A stretch of 64,000 nt of DNA from Phoronis australis (Eukaryota; Animalia; Phoronida), in the NCBI GenBank assembly GCA_002633005.1, contig NMRA01000881.1, positions 46,675 through 110,674 of the forward strand, written 5' to 3'. A program made the translations under genes and the position numbers. Shown one piece after another: positions 1 to 12,042 of the stretch (position 1 is the stretch's first letter; every line of letters starts with the position of its first letter). Below the pieces are notes generated by a model. It did not search any database. It was not told where the DNA came from and saw only the letters and a program-made list of their open reading frames with translations.

Positions 1-199
1 CAGTGCATATGTGGTCACAAAGCCTTTTTCAGGGTGCGAGGGGTGGCCAAGGGGGTATATTGTTGTCCCTCAGTGAATTTGGTTTTAACAGCAATATTGT
101 GCTCCGCATCTAAATAAATATACGAATTTCTATGTAGAATATGATTATAAGGGTGTAAAGGGTGATCAACCAAGGCAATGTTTGAAACTGGGTGTACCA

Positions 200-647
200 A
201 AAACAACAGAGGTGAACATGCCAGAGTGAGTCAACTTATATAAATGTAAGTAAACCATCATGACGGGTTCACTTATATAAATATATACAGACCCGTCCCG
301 ATGGGGCCACCTATATAAATATAGTTCGACCCACCATGTTGCTTTCACTTATATTAATAAAGATGGACCCATCCCGATGGGCTCGTCTACATAAATATCA
401 GGCACCAATTATGACGGGTCCACTTATATAAGTATCAATTGACCAAACCCAGTGCTCCATTTATATTGAGACAAGTGGATCCATCACGGCGGGTCGACTT
501 AGATGAACTCACCCCAGTTTGAACTTTTTATATAGGTGCGATTTCACCCATAGGGGTGGTTCCAGCTATGTTTATTTTGATCGAACTACCGTGGCGAGAT
601 TCATGCAGGCATGCCCACGATGGGCCCATCTGTAATTTCCACCGTGA
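200..647. repeat. Array of degenerate repeats of about 35 bp ending in a CCGTG terminus (CMC/EnSpm-like subterminal repeats)
   Basis: Repeated ccatc(a/c)(t/c)gacggg..cacttatataaata units at 250-510; right end ...tttccaccgtg (reverse complement CACGGTGGAAA). Confidence 0.45.
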
Positions 648-2879
648 CAGGTCCACTTGCTCTGATTTTATTTGAATAGGTGTTGTGGTTATGGTGGGTG
701 TCAGAACTTCTACTTATAGACTGAAGTCCATCTAGTAAGAGCACAGTCATTAGGTAATGTTTGAAAGGTGAGATAAAACTGGACGCATAAGATTTTACAG
801 TGTGGCAAAACATATTTTGAAGGCACTGGCACAGTGGAATTAGAGATACTACCAACAAAGCAATTACCGAGCAATGACAAATTTTGCACTCGAGGCTACC
901 ACTGTATTTGACTGTTGTGTTGTTTTGGAAGATATTTTAGCGTAAACTCGCAAAAAATGATCAGTAGGCTGCACTAAACTCTGTCTACCAAATACTTCAT
1001 TCCAATTTAGCCATAAAACACACACCATGAGCAGCCCCTGTTAGGTGTGGTTGGCAATACTACCCAACAGTCTGTTCAGTATCTAAAAATTTGTATTTTA
1101 ACCCACGGGAAACTAGGTCGCAAGTTCGTCGCACAGATATGGCTAGAAAGGCCTATCCATTGTTCACTTTGTTTTTTCTTTCTTATGATAAAATAATGGT
1201 AAGTATTTATCGGTATCTGATGTGCGCCCAAGGTAAGATATCCGTGCTACCTATATTGTTATATCCAACAAATACGCAACAAAGGAAAACAATGGTAGCG
1301 TCCCATAGCCGATAAACATGCGACGTGCTTATGGCCGTCGCATGGATCTCGCAAGTTAAACGATAGCTTCCGACCTCCATACGACGTCATTTGGCATGGG
1401 AACACAACTGAGAGACAGATTAATTGGAAACTCAGCATTTATGTTTTAAAAAGAGAATATATAAGATGTCATTTAGCACTCTCCATAACTTTTTCAGATT
1501 TCTATATTTTAAGTCTTTGCCACCAATTTTTTGCACACACTTTGATAAAAAATAGTTAGGTTTTTGAGTAGCACGTCCCGCATAGTACGAGAGTATCGCC
1601 CCATTCGTGAAATAAATGTCCACCTCATCATGAAAAGAGACCGCAACTGTACAAAGAGCAATCAGATTCAGTAGTCACTGCAAATTGTTGACTAACAGTG
1701 ACAATAATAAGGCAGCACGGTCATTCTTCAGTACTATGGCAAAGACTCACTGTTCTGTGTTCGTCTAGATGCCAGTGGATTAATTGCAAGCAAAGCAAAT
1801 TTCAGCTTTAAGGTTCTGGTACCTGCGTCTCATCATTCTCCAATGCATCAATTTGTTGTTCTTTGTATATCATTAATGAAATGTGACAGACAAAATTCCC
1901 TACAAAAGGCCCTTTTGGGACATTGAAGCTCTATAAAAGGTTCCTTTTCCGGCTACACAAATTTACAGAAGTGTTTACAACTTCATCTGTATGTTTGAAA
2001 CATTGCTTACAAAATATGTACTTACTCTTTTTTAACATTATGGCATCTTTTCTTGTACTGATTCAGGCTTTAAAGGTGAAAGCTCTACTGTACAAGAACC
2101 CTTATCGACAAAAAAGGAAGTGTTTCTGAAACAAAACTCTACGAAAAATTGGCCATTTCATGGAAGCTCCCTTTAAAAATTACTCTTTTCGAGTTCGCTT
2201 TAAATTGGTGGTTATCCTAGTTACCCAGTTGCACTAGCTTTAAAAATAGAATTGAGTTTCCTCGGGATATATAATGGCTTCAACAAAGTTATCAAGGCTT
2301 GCGGGACTGTTAACACGGCTCTGGCATTTGTAGACGGCTAAGGAAATCTTCGTTGCTCATCAACGAGTTTGCGAGGGGATGAGAGTGCTTAAACTGTGTT
2401 TTTCGGTGCGAAAGCCTATGTGTGTAGACACGATTCGTTAACCAAAGAAGTGAATTTAAACGTCCATGACCGTCCTTTAGCTTTGTCCTTCGGCTAGCCG
2501 GAGAATAAAATTTAGTTTTGGCACAGTTTTTATGACCACTTTAGAGCGTATAAAAATAATTTAGGAGCTGCGTAAAAAGTATGATTTTTAACAATGCTGA
2601 TTAAGAAATAGCTTTCTTGAACGAACATTGATCACGTTACTGCATATTCCGTTTACTTACCGTAAGCTCACAGTGGATGTCTTCAAACAACAGCTGACTA
2701 CTAACTCTTACCGACTTCAAAGTAGTAATGGTCAAACAAAAAACCTTTTAGAAAAAAAATATAAAACAAGAGATCAAAGATTTTACTTCAGTAACCACGG
2801 TTGATTTGAAGTAATACCTTCGCTTCAGTTTCCTCTTAAAATGAATCAACCACTGACGGAGCACCCAAAATGTGATTTT

Positions 2880-4340
2880 TCTATAAACTTGATTTAAGCC
2901 ACATGACTACACTGGCCGTGTGCAAGGCTAACTCGATGGAACAAAATAACAAGTCGTACGTGGCTGACAGAAAAAATTGTCCAGTCGCGATATCTAACGT
3001 CCAACTATATAACCTGAGCTCAAACACCACATTTGAATGTTCATTTTTTGGCAACAGCCAAATGTGTTGTTTTGTCTTATTGTTTGTTGCAATTTCCTTT
3101 GTTCGTACGCTACGGATCGCTTTCTGATCCGATCGACATGCAACTTACACACAACACGCGTCTCATTAATATCTCAAAGACTATTATTTTGGGTTGAAAT
3201 CTGACACATGATGGCGCTGTGGCGGCCCTTTTTCACTGTTATGGTTTGCGGAGCCTAGCATAAGGATGTTTTTCTGAAATTTGGTATGTAAAGACAACTC
3301 TTTAAGGGTCGTAGGGTATGTTCCATCTCTTTTTCTCTACATCCTACCGCTCTCAAGATATTCGGCATTTTCCTTTCTGGTGACTGCTCTTTAAATGATT
3401 GGATTTTCGCCTTATATCTCCATCTTCTCGTGTTGTACAGATTGCATTTCATGTTCGATCGATATGAAATTCACCCACAACAGGTGCCTTGTCTATAGAC
3501 TCGTTTTAATTGAAATCGAACGCAAGATGGTGCTGTGGCGACCTTTTTGCCTTTTTTCCTTTTACGGAGCCATAACTCCTCAGTTCTTAGAGGGATTTTT
3601 CTGAAATTTATTATGTTGTGTGGATATTTCAAGAGCTATTGGATGCACCATATCCGTTTTCTTTACCACTTTCCGTTCTAGAGTTATTCCATATTTTAAA
3701 TGACTACTCTTAATAAGAGTGATTTCTTGTTCCATGCCTTCAGATGTCCTGAGACGAATCTTTCTGAACTTTGGCTTGTGGATAGCTCTTCTCAAACACT
3801 ATCTAAATGATACCGTCTGTTTACCATTGCGACTTAATATTCTCAAATTAGTTGACATTTACTGGTTAGAGGATCTTTTATTGACCAATTCCTCTTTGCA
3901 CTTTTGTTGGTCAATCACACTTACGCTACAGGCCACATTTTTGCTCCCTACATAGGTGGCGTATCTCGTGAAAACCTTGAGCCTTTTGTTTTTGTGCGAA
4001 ATTGGACACATGATGGCGTTGCGATAGTCTTTAGAGCTCTAACTTCGCGATCGAATGAGGGAGTGTTGTGAATTTTAGGTACGTAGGTAGATCTTCTCAA
4101 GACCTGTATGCTGTGTGCCACGGGTTTCTCGCTCCCACTTATTGTTATCAACTTGTTGGAGTTCTTAATTTCTTCCCTTCTAAGTTTTTTATTCGATTTC
4201 GCAGGGTGGCCCGTTTGGCCCAATTTTAAAGTTAAATTATCTCACATTGCTAATGTTTTACATGTATCCTCGACATCCGGCTTTAGACCACTATTGTATC
4301 AATGACCACTGCATTTCCCAGCGGAAACGAAACCCCTCAC
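2880..4340 (+). mobile_element. Decayed non-autonomous Helitron/Helentron-like element with internal tandem units of about 300 bp or more
   Basis: Units beginning (ACACAT)GATGGCGCTG at about 3203, 3521 and 4007 with colinear downstream similarity; 3' hairpin-like GCATTTCCCAGCGGAAACG at about 4311-4329. Class is inferred. Confidence 0.45.
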
Positions 4341-5719
4341 CCCCACCCCATCCTTAGGACATTTATAAATGAATTATCATCAAATTCGAGTATTGCTGAG
4401 TTGAGATTTACGAAATAAACTTGTACTGAAACTTGCTTTCAATCTATCAAAATCTTAATTATTCCTCTTCAGTAAAGCCAGGTCTTGCTTTTAGTAATGA
4501 TAGATCTCGGAGATGGAAATTAATGAAGATTAAGTAGGTCCGAGAACACAGCTATCAGTTGTGCAGCCCCTTATTAAATTCATCATAGCTTTGGCGAGTA
4601 TCAGAACTAATTAATTATTCAAATAACGGGTTATAATAGATTAACGGGACAAAAGTCGAACAACGTAGATGGTAATTAAACCACGTTTAAAGTGGCATAG
4701 AAGCCTTTTAAATATAACGGTAATATTAGCACTATTATACCAATAATAATAATCATATTTCTAATAATAGTAAAAAAGTAATAGCGGTACTCTTTTTTAT
4801 TTTACAAATGTCCAAAAAAACAATGCGTTTGCATGCATTGCGCTTAACATCATTTACATGCGTGAATACACATTTCTCATTCCGTCAAAGTTTTAAAGAA
4901 AAGAAGTAGTTTTTCAGATAAAGGAACGCAACACTAAAGAGGAAACACCAACATCGTGCTCGCTAAGTTTGCATAAATTTTTTGATAAGGTAATTACCTT
5001 TCAATGAGATACATAAAATTCTTTGTTAAAGGAATATTATGGGTTTTACGGCTGTAAAACGCATTTTGCGGATTATTGTTGGATGAGATAGGCTTCTGAA
5101 AGTTATTAGCTATGATTAGAGCTATAAAACAACAAAATCCGCTCTGCTTTTGTGATTTTGTCGCAAATCGCCAATTCCCTCGGTTGTTTGCCTGTTAAAG
5201 CGTCTAAAATACTCTGTCATTTATCAAATGGGATTTCACTCCCCTGGATGAGCGGTTGACTGCGCCAAGGGGGGTTTGCAGCCTTTTGCGTTCACGCTTT
5301 TTTTAACCTCACTTTTGTTGCCGATAATGCATCTTGAAGCACAAGTAAGCAACTAAGTATGTAATTCACAAGACAGGGTAATTAAAAATGACATAATTTG
5401 CGATGATGAAGAATGAACAAAATGTGGAAAGTTGAATAGAATTATACAAGCCCGTCTCAACAGTTGGTCAGAGCTTTTCCATAAAACACGTTTCCATTTA
5501 CTTATGTGAATGTGTGTTTGTGTTGCTTTTACTTTCGCAAAAATGCGAAGCAAATGAACAATTTTCAACCTAAGCAGAACACCTTGCAAAAGACTTGGTC
5601 AGCATTTGGTTTCGTAAATTCAAAACCTATCTTGGTGATTGCTCGTCATTGTTGGTTTTTCATGAATTGAGTTTTTACGCAGACTGCGAACCTGATGGTT
5701 CAGCAGTCTTCATAGACCA

Positions 5720-5756
5720 TCACCTCTTTCCCCACCGTGTTCGGCAGGCCCACGAG
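5720..5756 (-). CDS. Candidate terminal coding exon of an unresolved gene, (x)SWACRTRWGKR* in phase 2
   Basis: Strong acceptor ttaatttttcccttgtttcag| at 5757-5759. One of three frames ends in W-G-K-R-stop (amidation signal). Followed by about 0.9 kb of AT-rich sequence and AATAAA at 4796-4801 (-). Upstream exons not established. Confidence 0.35.
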
Positions 5757-6211
5757 CTGAAACAAGGGAAAAATTAAGAATGTCTGCAACCACAATGTCA
5801 CATTGCGAAAAAAAGGGTTTGTTCAGCAATCAACTATAGAGGCTGAGAAATAATTACAGTGATGGGCTCATTAAATGACCATAGATTCTCATCTAAAATT
5901 CTAATGATATTGATTCACAGCAGCTGATTCACAGAACGCCTTTGTAGGTTAATCTCCAGAAGACTGGGTTGTAAGGAAACGATTGTACACATTTCTTCTA
6001 GAATTGTAGACTAGTGTGTGTAAAATGTGTGTTATTTTCACCCTATGTCATAACAAGTGTATATTATATCTGAAACAAACACACTCGTAGGAATCGTAAC
6101 GACCTGAACAATTTCCGTTGAGAAGAATGCGCCCTTTGGAGATGAGAAGTAATACGTCACACAGAAGTGAAAGCGTCCTCCAAAATTCTGAATTGCATTA
6201 TTCCATTTCTT

Positions 6212-6380
6212 TCACAGACCGGCTTCACTTACTTGACTTCGCCGGTTCCGCCGGATCAACCGGATGAAGCAGCTGATTGGTATGCAAGCCGGAAGTTGCC
6301 ATCAACAACCAATCATGCATATCTCTTAGCTGGTTCCCCCGGCGGAACCAGCGAAAGCAATCAAGTGCACCGAGTGTGAC
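6212..6380. mobile_element. Palindromic MITE-like element
   Basis: The whole element is an imperfect inverted repeat (tcacagaccggcttcactt...cgccggttccgccgg...tgattggt / accaatca...ccggcggaaccagcg...aagtgcaccgagtgtga). Confidence 0.55.
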
Positions 6381-7682
6381 ATCAGTTTTTTAATCAGCCT
6401 GTTTATCAGCTGCACAACTAAAACTACGTGAAAGATTTTCATACTGTAAAAACTCTAAATAAGGCTACTATTTGCACCCTCATCGATGTTTAGTACTTTG
6501 TTAATATAGGACTGCATTATAAATGCTCTCTGATTAAGGTAAATTATCAAATTTCTAAAACAATCGGTATATTTATTACGCATTTTCTTAGTACATCCCA
6601 AGAAGTCCTCAACGTGTCAGTTCTTATTTTTCTATGCGCAAAGGTTGCTGGGATTTTTATTTTGGAATCGGGGCAAACGTTCCCAAGCAAAATGCCTGTA
6701 AAGTAAGCTATGTTTGGGTGTGATAGTCAGAGCAACCAAAAGGACAGGTATGTTTAAATCGGGTTAAAGGTCTTGACTAATACTTGCAGACTTGGTAAAG
6801 TGTGTAAAGGTATGCCAGTGTGGTCAAATTTCATCAATAAGACCAATGCGTAACAATGTTAATCTTTTACGGTACAGAAAAACATTCCGCCACAATCCGA
6901 AGATCGCATACCAACTAAGTAGGCGTAAAAAAATTTACAGAAATTGTTTGAGTTTATCTGATTATTCATCTTCCAAACAGTGACACCTGATCATTTCATC
7001 TTTTGAATAATTTAGTTTCTATTTTAAGTTAAATCGACCCCTGCATTCTTTAAAACAGGAAATTTCCGAAACGACGTCCAGGGCGGGAGATTTTCTGAGA
7101 ACACGCCGGGCACGGAAATAAGGGCTTTCGTTCGGAAAGAAGCCAACTTTTGTGCGCTGCACGCCACATGCCGAGTATTACAATGATATTCCATTAACGG
7201 TAAAACATGTTTTCTTTCAATCAATCAATTTTATATCTGTAATAAAGGCCAAAGGCCCATCGTGCAAAAACATTTAGATGTTCAAGCAAGTAACGAATTC
7301 TTAAGAAATTGAAAAGGTGAGGTATATTTAAAAAGGTTAGATTGTTGTTCTGTATCATTTATTGAAATTAGTGAATTTATGAAGAAGTGTGCTTGCGTGC
7401 AGTAATACGTGTTAATGTACTTTTCTCTAAGCTGAGTATAAGTATTAAATAAGAAAATGGTATTCCTCCTCAATAACATTGTGTCAGAAGGGGCCTACTT
7501 TGCCTGCCCGGTCAAAAGTGTCTACCTACGTCAATTAACAGTTTCTTATTTGAACAGAAATTGGTTTGAATAATTAGCATTTTTAAATCAAAATAGAGCT
7601 TTTGTCGTCCCAAACGAAAAGTACAATTCAGTCTTAAAGTTCAAATTACTGAGTAAAATGCGTTAACCCCAGGTTTTTTCTT

Positions 7683-7744
7683 AACACTCACAAAAACTTT
7701 CTGAAACTCTAATAATTAGAGTTTCAGAAAGATTTGTGAGTGTT
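7683..7744. repeat. Near-perfect 62-bp palindrome
   Basis: aacactcacaaaaactttctgaaactctaat / attagagtttcagaaagatttgtgagtgtt. Confidence 0.85.
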
Positions 7745-7953
7745 CTCCACGACCTGTTTCGACTCGACGCGGTAACGGGTTTGGATTTTGCCGCGTCGAG
7801 TTTGGGGAAAGCGCGTCAAGTTTAAAAATTGCCGCGTCAGGCTTAAAATCTTGGCTGGCGACTGGCGTGGTACTTCAGCCCTCAGCATCTAATCTGAGCC
7901 TGATTTTACCAACAGTAAACATAGTTCACTTTACCAACAGGCAGTTAACAGTA

Positions 7954-9090
7954 CCGTATTCGCCGTAATAAGGCGCCCGGGTCCCTTCGTAATATTCTTT
8001 TCGGGAGGAGGCGCTTATTGTAACCCGGGCCAAGGCGGTTAAAACCCGGTCTCCGAAACGGGAGAAATCGGAAGCTAGGCTTCATCAAATTTACGCTGTG
8101 TGATGTATCTGTAGCCTATGACAGGTTTCTACAGAACTGTGGCGCATTGCTATCAAACTTCGTTTATAAATTACGATCATTTTACAGAAAATTGTGCTAA
8201 AAACCCTGGGCGAAAACTCGCCAAGGCGCCGCTGCCTCGCGATCGTCGACAGGGCAGATTGAATAAAAATATAGTTTCGACTCAGCAAATTACCTGAAAT
8301 CTTCACTTAAGTTTTCTAAATAGCGTCCCTAAGATTTTAAGTTCCTGTGGAGTCGGTATTAGGAAAAGGATAAGTTCAAATCTGCGCAAGATCGTACCCA
8401 GCAACATGAGAAAAATCTCTGGACGAACGCACGTGTCGTAGTCACGTGACCTTTGTTTTGAAGATCGTCTGCGTATGTGAGTGAGCGAGCGCGTGCGTGT
8501 CATCAGCGTTCATTTGCCGGAGTAAACCCAATGTAAGGCTTTAGGTGTGCTAAAGAAATAATACGAGCAGTATCACGAGAACGCGTTTTATTCAGCACTT
8601 GCTGATCGCATGTAGACTCCGGTGACCTAAAGTCGTGATTATAAGCACATCTACTATTAAAACGTGCGAGAATTGTCTCGGTTGGGCCTAAGGCCGAATG
8701 TCATTGAGCCGCCGGGTGACTGGATGTGTGACAGTCTGAGTTATTTTCCAGGACATTCTGGGGCGGAGGTGTCTACTATGAGTGGGTAATTTTACTAGAT
8801 ACTTTACTTTAAAAACACCAGTTATGAATACATTAAAAAGTGATTTTAAAATAGAGCAATCGCTTTTAAAAATAACGTAACAGTTTTACGGCATTAGAAA
8901 CTTTCTGAAATTAGTGCCAATCTTTATTTCTTGCCGATGTGCTACCCGAAAACTAATGTCCGCGATGACAAGTGACACGTATATAGCGCGCGCTTCCTGG
9001 CCGTGTGCTTTTAGCAACCAGTTTTTTCTTCATGAGACCGTCGTTAGCTAAATGAGTATGTCGAGTACAATTCGCGGTTTTCACGTGTAG
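7954..9090. mobile_element. Truncated copy of the pogo-like element at 57722-58824
   Basis: TA|CCGTATTCGCCGTAATAAGGCGCCC start; long colinear similarity to 57722-58420 (shared 'GNLLSRN' shadow ORFs); extra sequence at about 8530-8980; right TIR not seen. Confidence 0.75.
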
Positions 9091-9352
9091 GCGCTACAAA
9101 GTGTTAAAGAGTAGGTCACACCTAACCAAGTTCAGTGTACAATTTTTGAAACATATATAAATACGTTAAGGCTACAGACTAGAGAAAAGACAGTATTGAC
9201 TACTGATATTGAACTCTAGAAATTTGCGTCAAGTTTGGAATTGGTATTGTGGAGAACATCAGACTGGTGTATGCAAATCTCTTCTTTTGAAAGGGCGCTC
9301 TTCCTGAACCAAGTTAAGCCTTAAATAGTCTTACAACGACATTATCGTTGAG

Positions 9353-9744
9353 TGTTAAGAGTTTACTAGCTATAGTTTTAGTTCTACATGTTTCATTTTG
9401 CTGTACTACTTGTTTACTATAAGATAATCCTTGATTGGCATGCCCCATGAAGTCAGGTAAGTGATGGCATAATTTGTTTACAATGGAACACTAGAGAATG
9501 TTCTAATGAATTCTAGCATGTTAGTGATTAACACGGAATCGTTGTGTGGAACATTCTAGAGCCTGGTATATGTTTGCAGAATGATTGCGTAGACTTTGAA
9601 AAGTTCTAGAATGTGGTTGAATGGATGAAAACTTCCAGAACATTGTAAGAGAACCAGGCCCCTTGTAAGTTGAAGTCAGTTGACTTGAGATGAAACAATA
9701 AATGTGTTAACCTGCGCCCACCCATCAACGGGTAAAACGTGACA
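9353..9744 (+). mobile_element. Probable solo LTR
   Basis: TGTTA...TGACA termini; AATAAA near the 3' end (about 9697); interior with repeated GAAnnTTC/TTCTAGAA motifs; no TSD. Confidence 0.45.
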
Positions 9745-9770
9745 GGGGGAGAAATCTTTTTTCTGATATC

Positions 9771-9845
9771 AGTCCCAGAGCGGAATTGAACTTGCATAAC
9801 TCTCACGTTGCAGCCAAATACTCTCTTGTGGCTGAACCAAACCCC
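9771..9845 (-). repeat. tRNA-Cys-like degenerate sequence (SINE head or tRNA pseudogene)
   Basis: GGGGTTTGGTTCAGCCACAAGAGAGTATTTGGCTGCAACGTGAGAGTTATGCAAGTTCAATTCCGCTCTGGGACT: A-box-like TGGTTCAG, GCA in the anticodon position, B-box GTTCAATTCC. The stems do not pair, so it is not a functional tRNA. Confidence 0.5.
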
Positions 9846-11295
9846 ACTCAATGTGTGGTAGATATTTTAAGTGTATTTATCTCAGCGGTACAGTTCCCGG
9901 CCTTGATTTCAGCGAATTTCTGACAGACAACGACGAGAATTGGCGATAAAATCACAAAAAGCACGACAGATTTTATTGCTTTGTAGCTGGGGTCAAAGGT
10001 GACAATGTCAAAAAGTCTTTCGTACTCAACAATAGTCCCAAAGCTGCGTTTTTCTGTGGTAAAAAATGATTCTGTCCCTTTAAATGTGTTATGTCTTTAG
10101 AACATTTTTCGGGAAGCTCCTTCAGGCAAATGGGGAGATAAGTGTGATTTATTATCGGCCAGTCGGTGGCGTTACAACATAGTGTAAGGAAACTAGTTAA
10201 TCTGAACGAGTGTGGGTTATTTAGAGGATATGAGTCCACTTGTCAGTGTCATCTTAAGTGTTTGCATTTATCGAACTCGTAAACTGAATAATTTGAAAGT
10301 AGGAGTTCAAAGTCGTTTAAAGTTGCATGCCCTTATTTTGGCAAATGAGGCGGCTAAGATTCAAAGTAAACACGATTTTTATCAGTTGTACATCGAAACC
10401 AATCACAATTTTGATCAGGTTACAAACATCTGGAAAAGTTATGTCTTTGCATTCCCTTACAATAATCGCCAATCTGGTTTAAATATTTTGCGATTATTGT
10501 TAGAGAATGCATGAACAAACTTCTTTGGGATTTTTTTACCTACTCGAAGATCATGAAAGATTCGTTGTTTCGGTCTACAAAATACGAAAATGTCCGTTTC
10601 ATTTGAATTATAATTGTCTCATTAGCGAATGTTGGGTCCAGCAAGTTTGAGTAGGCGAACGCTCATTTAAGACGTTACGCAAAATTACGCGTGTGTTCCG
10701 ACTGCCGGATATGACGAGCGTCTAAGCAAGAGTGACCATTCATATTCCTGAGGCATTCTGGCAGATGAGCTTGTCTTAATCTGTGCACTTGCTGGCTTCC
10801 ATTTCACTAAGTGGGAGAAGTTGGTGTACCATAACGTCAACGACAAAATAATGTAGACCACGTTCCTCTTTATAATATTATCACATGTGACAGATGCGTA
10901 TATAATCGTTAATGGTTGAGCTATGTAAATCCCAGCAGCAATGTAATATTACTAAATTTCCATTGGCCTTGTAAACATGTAAATGAAAAACGCCTTCTGC
11001 ACAACTCTGAAATCGACGAGTTTACGAGACTAGTCCATAGGGAAAGCTATTCTGTGGAGGTCGGTACTACTTAAGATATTGGAAGGATTTTGGTTACATT
11101 CAGAGCACACGGAACGAGCACAAGACCTGCAGGCGCTTCATTTGAGAAAAGTTTTGCTCCCCTTTTGCCTCTCGTCATTGTTATTTCTTCCCTTGTTCGG
11201 CCTGTCGTCATCATTTACACCTCCGCCTTTTCTCGGTCACACCTGCTTTCCGACTTCTTCGCCCTTACCTCTTCCAATGCCTGTCAACACAGGTT

Positions 11296-11361
11296 TCTCT
11301 CTCTCTCTCTCTCCCTCTCCCTCTCCCTCTCCCTCTACCTCTCCCTCCTCTCTCTCTCTCT
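11296..11361. repeat. (CT)n/(CTCTCC)n simple repeat
   Basis: Direct reading. Confidence 0.9.
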
Positions 11362-11721
11362 CATTGCTTTCATTTAGTCTTTTGGCATAGTATTTGTCAT
11401 TTTGTCTTAATAACTTAATTGACTTTTAAATCAACCCCAGGTAAAGGATATCTCCCTATACAAAAACACTCTATGAAACCACTCACATCGCCTACACGAA
11501 GGCGCCAGATTTATGCATACAATTTGGATTTAACAGTAATGGAGGGAAATGCCAATCCGGCATCGAGTTGTTTCAGTAAGGTCGGAAAGAGTGTCAGCTC
11601 ACAAATTGATTAAGTAATTTTTAAAGCTTATGTTATACGACTCAACCATTCCCCAATGATCTCCTGTGGTTTTGTGGATACATTCACTGTGAAGAATAGA
11701 GTGTAGATACTCAACCGTGGT

Positions 11722-12042
11722 TCAAAAGCTCAATTCTGTCTTGATAGCTAGTGTGTTTCGGACGGGGGTTTCTTTCAGGATCTTTGAGAAAGCACCCTCA
11801 GCTTGCTTGTTGATATTGGTTTCGACATTACGAAGCATTTTCACTTTCCGAGATTGGCTGTCCGTATTAAGCTTATTTACTTGGATGCAAACTTCGTTGA
11901 AAACACAACTAAACTTTTTTGTTTGAAAGCTTGATATAGAGTCGCTCGTAATGTCGAAACAATCTTCTGCGCAGCTATGTAGCAAAACACCGAGACACAT
12001 AACAAACAAACAAATTGAAACACGAGCTATATTTTGAGACAT
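11722..12042 (-). CDS. Possible small secreted protein or first exon (106-aa ORF with signal-peptide-like N-terminus)
   Basis: gacaccATG start context; hydrophobic RVSICLFVMCLGVLLHSCA, then three Cys and a KK site. The hydrophobic stretch could instead be a T-rich intron end (…gctacatag acceptor), and no family is recognised. Confidence 0.3.
   Translation of the reverse strand: MSQNIARVSICLFVMCLGVLLHSCAEDCFDITSDSISSFQTKKFSCVFNEVCIQVNKLNTDSQSRKVKMLRNVETNINKQAEGAFSKILKETPVRNTLAIKTELSF

Noticed and set aside
200-510. Periodic repeats of about 35 bp resembling a CRISPR array
   Set aside because: Degenerate tandem units without unique spacers, in a eukaryotic context with no cas genes.
1137-1198. 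Possible + strand exon MARKAYPLFTLFFLSYDKIM with a strong donor
   Set aside because: No downstream partner exons found; hydrophobicity comes from a T-rich tract.
8091-8306. Similar ORFs at 8091..8306 and 57834..58100 suggesting paralogous genes
   Set aside because: Both lie inside copies of the same non-autonomous transposon.
9771-9845. Functional tRNA-Cys gene
   Set aside because: Acceptor and anticodon stems do not pair; treated as a tRNA-derived relic.
11079-11390. Ser/Leu/Pro-rich ORFs with a hydrophobic look
   Set aside because: Produced by the (CT)n repeat and pyrimidine-rich sequence.
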